Part shown: piece by piece, positions 1 through 6,006 of the stretch
Position numbering within the stretch: position 1 is the stretch's first letter
Layout of the letters: every line of letters starts with the position of its first letter
Origin: Zygophlyctis sp. KS116
Taxonomy: Eukaryota; Fungi; Chytridiomycota
Length of the DNA: 6,520 bases
Assembly: GCA_054661495.1 (NCBI GenBank)
Contig: BAAFSQ010000437.1
Location: forward strand, 1 to 6,520
Reading direction: 5' to 3'
Translations under genes and position numbers: made by a program
Notes under the pieces: generated by a model
Databases searched by the model: none
The model's input: only the letters and a program-made list of their open reading frames with translations
What the model was told of the DNA's origin: nothing

Positions 1-1
1 T

Positions 2-542
2 CTTGTTGGAGATAACTGCTCTACCAATATTAAGCTGTGTCATTTAATGAAAAAACCATTAATCGGGTGTAGTAGTCATAAATTAAATCTTGCAGTAAGA
101 AGGTGGATGGGAATGGATGGCAGAGAAAAAAATAGGAAGGACCCTCGTACTATGGACCAGATTCGAAGAAGTGAATTAGTTGACAAGTTGTCTAAACTTA
201 TGTCAAGATTAAAAAACATTAAGGGTAAAGCTAAATTGGCGGAATTTACCAACTTTACGGCTCGCTCTTAAACCAAATGAAACACGTTGGAATGGATACT
301 TTCGGATGGTCAAGCGTTATTTTGAATTTAAGGATGCTTTACATGAGATAATTTATGGAGGTGGTGAGATAGGAAAAGCAGTTGCTGCCTTGATTCCTAC
401 CTCCTTGGAAGATTTGGAATTGGAAGAAGTTAATACAGCATTAGGAATATTTCAAGAAGTGTCACTGGAGCTTCAGAAGATGGATGGGGCAACTGACTTG
501 AGTATGGTTCGTTATATGTTTGACCGGCTGATTCAAGATTAG
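2..542 (+). pseudogene. hAT-superfamily DDE transposase fragment (second catalytic Asp, CxxH and TRW region); 5' end outside window, frameshifted, 3'-truncated
   Basis: Frame from base 2 reads LVGDNCSTNIKLCHLMKKPLIGCSSHKLNLAV (D...CxxH). After a frameshift at ~260-267 the next frame reads LKPNETRWNGYFRMVKRYFEF...ALGIFQEVSLELQK...LSMVRYMFDRL. These are hAT hallmark motifs. The C-terminal Glu/dimerisation region is absent; the frame stops at TAG 540-542. Confidence 0.88.
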
Positions 543-559
543 GGTTAGTAGGTTATGTA

Positions 560-632
560 GAATTAATGGAATAATTAATTTTCCTGTAACATTCAAAAAA
601 ATTAATTTCAAATTATAATTTTCCTGACACTG
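560..632 (+). mobile_element. Probable right terminus (TIR plus subterminal repeats) of a hAT-type DNA transposon
   Basis: Ends in ...TAATTTTCCTGACACTG at 632 (reverse complement CAGTGTCAGGAAAATTA, a CAG-starting hAT-like end). TAATTTTCCTG occurs at 576-586 and 616-626. The next 8 bp (GTATATAG, 633-640) fit the nTnnnnAn target-site pattern of Ac-family hATs. The partner TIR is not in the window. Confidence 0.5.
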
Positions 633-645
633 GTATATAGTAGGG

Positions 646-963
646 TTACTCCACTAATCTGTTAAGAGCCTCATCTGCTACGCATCTCATTCGTTTAGCA
701 ACCATATCAAATTTATCAAATTGCTTAATTCTGAAATCATCTGAAAAGGCAGTTTTATATGAACTAGCCCTCAGTGTTTGTCCTAGATTGTGAGGGGATT
801 GAGTAGAAGGAGTATTTTCCCGAGATTGGGTTCTTCGTAGTAAATTCTATCTAGCAATTACTGCATCTTGTCATTATCAAAAATTAGGATTTTATCTGGG
901 AGAAGGATCAGAAGAAGCCCTGCTTATATTAAGGGGAAGATTACAGGCAAAAACAGACTTCTC
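646..963 (-). pseudogene. Possible decayed ORF remnant of unknown identity
   Basis: One minus frame reads ...NLPLNISRASSDPSPR*NPNF***QDAVIAR*NLLRRTQSRENTPSTQSPHNLGQTLRASSYKTAFSDDFRIKQFDKFDMVAKRMRCVADEALNRLVE*. The last ~66 codons are open. No recognisable motif. Confidence 0.3.
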
Positions 964-1034
964 TTACCACTCAGGCTGCTCTTAACTGGGGTTAGCCCTA
1001 AGACTTCTCTTACCACTCAGGCTGCTCTTAACTG
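955..1034. repeat. Perfect 34-bp direct repeat (955-988 and 1001-1034) separated by 12 bp
   Basis: AGACTTCTCTTACCACTCAGGCTGCTCTTAACTG occurs twice; the spacer is GGGTTAGCCCTA (989-1000). Confidence 0.97.
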
Positions 1035-1334
1035 TTCAATTATCCGAAGCAACAATGTCCCATGATCCTGTTCGACCAGTTGAATTCGGCCTGTATAATC
1101 CTTTTTCAATAATTTAATCCGATTTATCCGATTGATTGGTTCGGAAGATGGGTATCCTTGGCAATCCCATATGTTTACTTAAGAACATAAAAATTTGGCG
1201 CCTTTTGGACCCATTCATGACAGTTATTTTCCTCAATATAGCATTGAGAAACATATCATCTTTAAATAATCCCAATTCATTTTTCTTTGCCACTTCTATT
1301 TTTGAATCTCTGAATAGAGAAGATCTACTGAGAG

Positions 1335-1508
1335 GTCTCTATTTTCGTCCTGCTGGGTTAAGACAGCTCCTAGCGCAAAATCGCTAGCGTCAGTAAACAA
1401 AGAAAATTGATCAAACAAATTCAACATTTTTTTAGTCATTTGTGTCAGAGGTTGCACTTACTCAAAAAAGTCGCGAATGAATTTTCTGCAATTTTTTGCC
1501 ATTCCAAG
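1335..1508 (-). pseudogene. Ty3/gypsy pol fragment 1: RT thumb joined to RNase H N-terminus, internally deleted
   Basis: Minus frame not in the ORF track: LGMAKNCRKFIRDFFE*VQPLTQMTKK-MLNLFDQFSLFTDASDFALGAVLTQQDENRD. This matches the gypsy LGxxNYYRxFI...PLTxLTKK and FxLxTDASxxAxGAVLxQ motifs (TDASD at 1380-1394). The usual W..AF..LK..L..P.L connection segment is missing. Confidence 0.88.
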
Positions 1509-1526
1509 AGTCTAAGTTTAAATTCT

Positions 1527-1560
1527 GAGAGGGGGGGTTTCACACAACCTACCCTACTTC
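1527..1560 (+). mobile_element. Possible polypurine tract and start of a 3' LTR (tiny remnant)
   Basis: GAGAGGGGGGG (1527-1537) is followed by TTTCAC, one substitution from the common LTR start TGTCAC. No second LTR copy in the window. Confidence 0.35.
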
Positions 1561-1599
1561 TGTTTAGCTGGGTTAGACCTGCGTCTGAGACCTAGAATA

Positions 1600-1790
1600 T
1601 AAGCATCAAATACATTTAAACCAATCTTTGGAATAGGCTTAATCTTTTAATTAAATTTTGAGACAGTATGAGAACTAACGATTGCATCTCCTTGAGCTCC
1701 AGTATCTACCAAGGCCATCCGTAAATAATGATCCATAGGCAAGGCTAGGGTCATATTGACCTCGATCTCGCTCTCATTTAATATACTGAA
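1600..1790 (-). pseudogene. Retropepsin-like aspartic protease fragment (LTR retrotransposon, gypsy-like)
   Basis: Minus frame not in the ORF track: FSILNESEIEVNMTLALPMDHYLRMALVDTGAQGDAIVSSHTVSKFN*KIKPIPKIGLNVFDA. ALVDTGA active-site motif at 1695-1715. Confidence 0.8.
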
Positions 1791-1829
1791 TCAGTTGTGT
1801 TTAAAGTGCACCTAGCAACATGGCCCTAG

Positions 1830-2240
1830 TCCTGATATTGAAAATGTGGCAAGTACTCATCCTAGCGGTCTACAAATCCCTCCAAATTACATTTGAGTTG
1901 ATGAATTAAAGTGGAGTAAACTCTTTCTATTTCTCTGCGGATGGTATCCAGTTGGCTCTTTGACATAGATGATATAGTGTCTACATTCCTGTAAACTATC
2001 TTTAATTGCGAATAACTCCTTATCATGAATTGAATAATTAATTTCAGAATCATTAAGTTGACGAGAATATGAATGGTTGTAATCTTTCCTCTACATTCTT
2101 GTGAAAAGCGCATCAGCAGCTGCATAATCACTAGCGTCAGTATGAATGACAAATGGCTTATCCAACGCAGGATGCTGCAACATAATAAATATCATATCCT
2201 TTATCTTTCCAAAGGCAATTTCTTTTGTTTGCTCAGTAAA
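1830..2240 (-). pseudogene. Ty3/gypsy pol fragment 2: RT connection and RNase H
   Basis: AFGKIKDMIFIMLQHPALDKPFVIHTDASDYAA, then past the stop at 2091-2093 in the same frame YSRQLNDSEINYSIHDKELFAIKDSLQECRHY, then after a frameshift R*DEYLPHFQYQ (the RWxExLxxF motif). These are the gypsy RNase H motifs in the expected order. Confidence 0.92.
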
Positions 2241-2244
2241 GTTT

Positions 2245-2280
2245 TCAAAATAAATTAATACTATCCAAAACTCCCCCATT
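2245..2280 (-). mobile_element. Copia polypurine tract and first bases of the 3' LTR
   Basis: Minus strand ATGGGGGAG|TTTTGGATAG lies ~15 bp after the copia RNase H stop (2292-2294). It resembles the canonical copia GGGGGAG|TGTTG junction with one substitution. PPT at 2271-2277. Confidence 0.65.
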
Positions 2281-2291
2281 ATGAACATTCA

Positions 2292-3075
2292 TCAAATCCC
2301 TGACTCCTTAACTTTATTCGGTCATAATGCCTTAGTCAGAACATCCCCTATCATATCATTCGTTGAGCAGTATACAAAGTTGGAAATGCCATTTTTTACT
2401 TGTGCACGAATAAACGAAATTGCTATCGCGATATATTTAACTTAAGAGTATATCAGTTGTCAATGCACGCTTGATTATCTTCTTTGATTGTTAATGACTG
2501 TTCTCCAAATTTCAATTCTTTTATGATTTCTCTTCACCAAATTGCGTCTTTTAAACATTCTCTGACCGCTATTATTTCTGCTTCTACAGTACTAAGTGCT
2601 GTTGTCTTTTGTTAACTAGATTTCCAATAATTTCCTAGATAAAATAAATATCCCGTCGTTGATCTCCAATCAATTCCATCTCCCCCAAAACTAGCATATA
2701 CATAACAAGTTATTTTAAGTGAAGACTTTCTATATACCATCGCATAATTTTTTGTAGAATTTAAGTATCTAACTACCTTTTTAGCCTGATTCCAATGAAT
2801 ATTAGAATATTTTTCTGAAAAACGTGCTAAATAACCCACGGCATAACTTATATCCGGACTAAACATCCTAGCAGGGAACATTAAAGATCCAATTATATTT
2901 CGGTAAGGGTAAGACTCTTCCGATTCAATGTATGGTGTTAATTTACAATAACAGTGTCAATCGGAGTCGTTGCTCTTTTGGAATTAGTCTGTCCATACTT
3001 CTGTGACATCTGTTCAATATAATTGTGTTTATACAGTAAAATATTGTCTGACTTAATTTGCACTCGAATCCCCAT
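2292..3075 (-). pseudogene. Ty1/copia pol fragment: C-terminal RT and RNase H to the end of pol
   Basis: MGIRVQIKSDNILLYKHNYIEQMSQKYGQTNSKRATTP / (frameshift ~2945) YPYRNIIGSLMF...PDISYAVGYLARF...HWNQAKKVVRYL...RSTTGYLF..WKSS*QKTTALSTVEAEIIA...EDNQACI / (frameshift) KYIAIAISFIRAQVKNG...YCSTNDMIGDVLTKAL. These are diagnostic copia RT and RNase H motifs, with stops, frameshifts and small deletions. Confidence 0.96.
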
Positions 3076-3079
3076 TGTG

Positions 3080-3608
3080 TATTCAAGTTTGTAACTTCAA
3101 GGAAGGATTGATGATTCTTTGCAGTTTGACCAAGGAGCTTCCCATCCATCCCTCGAGCCAAACAGTCTTTGGAATTTTAAGATGTGAATTTGAGGACAGA
3201 ATCTCAAAAGTTGTCGGTGATGGCTCTCTGGATGATGAATTTGTTTTCTCCGCAGTGAACTACTTCTTGGCCATGATTTGGATTGCATCTGAAATAGCTA
3301 GGATTCCAAAAAGTATTGAAATCATCGCAAAAAGGATTGCAAGTTGGGAAAAAAAGCAAAATTGTTCGGATTATTTTTGAAAACATCCAATAAAGAGTTT
3401 ATTCGTCAATTTTCTTTTTCAGTTCCTCAGATAGAATTTAGGGTTTTTCCCCCTTATCAGTTGAGCCAGAAGGTCCAGCTTTTGCGGGAGAAGGACTACT
3501 TTTTTTGCAGGGAGACGTCTCCCGTGGTTGTCCAGAGGCAGGTCTTTTTGGTGATTCTTTTGTAGGAATTGTCATCTTCTTCTTTCCTTTATCCTTTTTT
3601 GGAGCCAT
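3080..3608 (-). pseudogene. Decayed gene of unknown function with Lys/Pro/Ser-rich N-terminus; 3' end truncated at the copia junction
   Basis: ATG at 3608 begins MAPKKDKGKKKMTIPTKESPKRPASGQPRETSPCKKSSPSPAKAGPSGSTDKGEKP. Three ORF-track pieces (3438..3653, 3204..3386, 2943..3161) share one frame, broken by four single stops (3438, 3399, 3204, 3177), giving ~175 codons. Confidence 0.6.
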
Positions 3609-3698
3609 GCTGGATTTTATTTTGATTTTAGATAGAGCAAGTGACGTAAACAAAAGGTCTTGTCATCCATCGTAAACAAAAGACTTTCTAAATTTAAA
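3609..3698. promoter_or_regulatory. Putative compact bidirectional promoter with duplicated CGTAAACAAAAG
   Basis: 90 bp between divergent ATGs (3608 -, 3699 +). Perfect 12-mer CGTAAACAAAAG at 3645-3656 and 3671-3682, each containing GTAAACAA (forkhead-like). TGACGTAA (CRE/ATF-like) at 3642-3649. Confidence 0.45.
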
Positions 3699-4495
3699 AT
3701 GCAAAAAGATTATATTAAAATCATCAATTGGATTCATGCATTTGATAAGAAATCCACTCAGCAAAAGGTTCAGACCTTGCAAGAATGACCTGCAGCTGTG
3801 ATTAACGAATTGATGAAATGGAAGCCGATTGTGGATAGTCCCGATGTACTGTATAATCAAGAAGCTGCACCTATTTCTCCAGTATCCAGGAAAGAAGCAT
3901 CCTTGGACCTCTCAAAGAAAAGGGCAAGACCACAAAGATTGATGATAGAAATGAGCGATGTGGAAACCAGCGACGCTCAATCTCAAACCGAAAAGCAACC
4001 CAAAAAGTAGAAACAGCCAGATACACACAAACATGTCAAGCATCTATTAAAAGCCTACGCTCCTCTCAAGAAATTTGGTACTCTACCTTGTGCTCCTCCA
4101 GGACCTTGTGAAGTGGATGCCATTACAGCCATCACCCTGGTGACTCTTTGAAGCGCTCAAATCTGAATCGATTGGTTTGCAATACCGCTATCAAGTGGCT
4201 CTGAATCTCAAAAAATTGGCTGAAGAATTCAAAAAGCTGAACAAGGGCAAGCTAGGAAAAGGATTCTTTGAACATTTGGATGCCCACTTTAACATCAAGC
4301 AACGGTCGTTTCATTACTATCAAAAGCTGTTGGTCTTTCTGGGAAAGTACAAGCGATTTCAATACTGTTGTATCTCTTATCGTGCACAGCATCCTGAAAA
4401 AACACATCCATGATTTGTTGTTGATTTTCAGTGATTTCAAAAGTTTGAGAGAGCCATTGACGACACACTTGAGCGGAAATAGCGACGTTTCTTGA
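3699..4495 (+). pseudogene. Decayed gene of unknown function (~260 codons) with a basic helical C-terminal region, possibly DNA-binding
   Basis: AAAATG at 3699 begins MQKDYIKIINWIHAFDKKSTQQKVQTLQE*PAAVINELMKWKP...EKQPKK*KQPDTHKHVKHLLKAYAPLKKFG... in one frame to ~4140. A frameshift leads to LFEALKSESIGLQYRYQVALNLKKLAEEFKKLNKGKLGKGFFEHLDAHFNIKQRSFHYYQKLLVFLGKYKRFQYCCISY, and a probable second shift at ~4385 to SILKKHIHDLLLIF...*. An AT-rich tract follows (4500-4550). Confidence 0.65.
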
Positions 4496-4559
4496 CATGC
4501 TCATTTTGAGTTTTTAAAGAAAAATTGAATTTTTATAGAAATTTAAAATCTAAACATAT

Positions 4560-4795
4560 AACAATCTCATTGAAAATGAAGTCCATGAAGTCCGAAACCC
4601 TGAAAATTGCTTTTGCTGAGAACAACTAAAATGGCTTCTCCATTGGATTCCTTTTTCTTTTTCCAACGCATCGATGCCACCGGGGTAACTAAAATCATTT
4701 AATTCAGCTCTAAATCGGCCCATTCCATGCCATTCATCCCACATATCAAAGATGGAACTATGCCTAATGCAAAGATTGTAAACGCGTTCGGGTCG
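4560..4795 (-). pseudogene. GCR1_C-like DNA-binding domain fragment, probably from a Crypton (tyrosine-recombinase) transposon
   Basis: VYNLCIRHSSIFDMWDEWHGMGRF...PGGIDALEKEKGIQWRSHFSCSQQKQFS matches the GCR1_C pattern YxL...xxDxWxEW..G...GG..xLE..G..WR...FSR (MWDEW at 4730-4744). GCR1_C is the C-terminal domain of Crypton proteins. No recombinase domain in the window. Confidence 0.82.
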
Positions 4796-4799
4796 AGAA

Positions 4800-5015
4800 T
4801 TTATTTCCTTTATCCATAATTTCGACTCCTTCAGCCATAGATACAAGTTTCTTTCCATACTCCAGGTTTAGGTGTCCCATCCTCCTGTGCCAATCATTTA
4901 CTGAAAGATTAGCGCACTTGTATCCCTCTTTAATCTCATTCAGGTTGCCCGTCAACACAGCTCGCACAACCACAGTACCTTGTTTGGTAATCTTCATTTC
5001 ATTTTCTTCAATCAA
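4800..5015 (-). pseudogene. Ty1/copia GAG-pre-integrase region fragment
   Basis: MKITKQGTVVVRAVLTGNL...NDWHRRMGHLNLEYGKKLVSMAEGVEI. WHRRxGHxN motif at 4872-4892. The frame breaks off just before the expected CxxC of the integrase zinc finger. Confidence 0.9.
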
Positions 5016-5211
5016 CGTTTCTTTTAAAAAGGTACAAGCAGTATGCTACTCCTCTTCTAATCTTTGTATTCAATTTTAGTTCTTATAATCAAGGAACCAA
5101 GAATTAATAACTTTTTCATCAAAAAACAAGTTATCGAGCAAGCTTTCGCTTCACAAATAGTCGATTTAAATATGCGGACATCTAGTGAAAGAGACAAGTA
5201 GGGTTAGCATA

Positions 5212-5810
5212 TCCTGTGAATCTAGTTTTAATGCCCCACAAGTATTATTAAAAAGTAGAATTTTTGATGAGAAGGAGTAAGTGGGTCATTTCTGCGCAAG
5301 TGATGGAACTCCCTTATTGTTTTTGGATACTCTTGTCTTGTTGGTGAACTTATGCTTTTGTGGATTTGGTATTAATTGAATACCTTAAAAAAAATCAGAG
5401 GCTAAGAATATCTTGTTCTTTTATGATATCGATTGTAAATATATGCCTCATTTTATGGGGGAGAGAATTCAATCATTATGTTTATTATATTGTTAATATG
5501 AAGTGAAGACTAGGGTGAAGGTGTGAATTTTACGTTTGTTATACCTGCCATCCATGTGAAAGCTCACCAGTTTCCCTGTCTCTGGAGTAATAATCCAAAT
5601 ATGTCAAGAATAACGGACTTAAAGAGACAGGGAAACTTGTGAACGTGCGTGGTCATAGTAATGTTGATTTGAAAAGCATGTCATCATCCAATCGTCATTG
5701 TACCCTGGACAGCGCTATTTTCAATTATTTTCTGAGAAACTTAAATAATCAGGTAAGACTGCATCTTGAAAGCAAATTATGACAAATGTCGCAAAGTAAT
5801 TATAGAAACC
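5212..5810 (+). pseudogene. KDZ (Kyakuja-Dileera-Zisupton) transposase catalytic-domain remnant, multiply frameshifted
   Basis: Absent from the ORF track. Manual translation across frames gives SCESSFNA...KSRIFDEK.*VGHFCASDGTPLLFLD / YAFVDLVLIEYLKK / NILFFYDIDCKYMPHF (YDIDC 5422-5436) / FTFVIPAIHVKAHQFPC (HxxxHxxxC 5553-5579) / GL..DRETCERAWS (5626-5655) / MSSSNRHCTLD / LKANYDKC. This is the KDZ order FDxxG..C, YDIxC, PxxHxxxHxxxC, DGExxERxWS. Confidence 0.9.
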
Positions 5811-5923
5811 CTTTTTACTAGCTTAGAGTAAACCAGGCAAATAACAACAAATGAAATGAAACAATAAACCCTAACATCACTAAGAAAACAAATATGTAAG
5901 GATGACCCATTTGGCTTGTACTA

Positions 5924-6006
5924 ACCTTTATAGTAAATATATTTATTGAGTAATTACCTTTTATAGTGAATCTATTTATTGAGTAATTACCTTTTATAGT
6001 AAATAT
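5924..6006. repeat. AT-rich tandem repeat, ~33-bp unit, ~2.5 copies
   Basis: ACCTTT(T)ATAGT(A/G)AAT(A/C)TATTTATTGAGTAATT at 5924-5955 and 5956-5988, with a partial copy at 5989-6006. Confidence 0.93.

Noticed and set aside
955-1034. CRISPR-like repeat-spacer-repeat
   Set aside because: Only two repeats, a 12-bp spacer, no cas genes, and a eukaryotic TE context.
868-1595. ORF-track + strand ORFs 868..1065, 1136..1387 and 1407..1595 as genes
   Set aside because: Non-ATG starts, no motifs, and the latter two overlap antisense to the gypsy RT/RNase H remnant.
1805-1850. Gag zinc knuckle (FQYQD*GHVARC on the minus strand) upstream of the protease
   Set aside because: The first two Cys are lacking, and the preceding R*DEYLPHFQYQ is better explained as the gypsy RNase H C-terminal RWxExLxxF motif.
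1862-2288. ORFs 1862..2152 and 2091..2288 as intact proteins
   Set aside because: The first is mostly out of frame with the RNase H motifs. The second is a chance fusion of copia PPT/LTR sequence to gypsy RNase H.
3075-3380. 101-aa + strand ORF as a gene
   Set aside because: TTG start and codon-register antisense shadow of the longer minus-strand frame starting at ATG 3608.
4550-4858. 102-aa ORF as an intact GCR1-like transcription factor
   Set aside because: Its N-terminal ~20 codons are an alternative frame of the copia fragment, and its C-terminus appears frameshifted after QFS.
5751-5760. Splice donor AG|GTAAGA at the end of the KDZ fragment
   Set aside because: KDZ-like sequence (LKANYDKCRK) appears to resume within a few codons, and I cannot support an acceptor.
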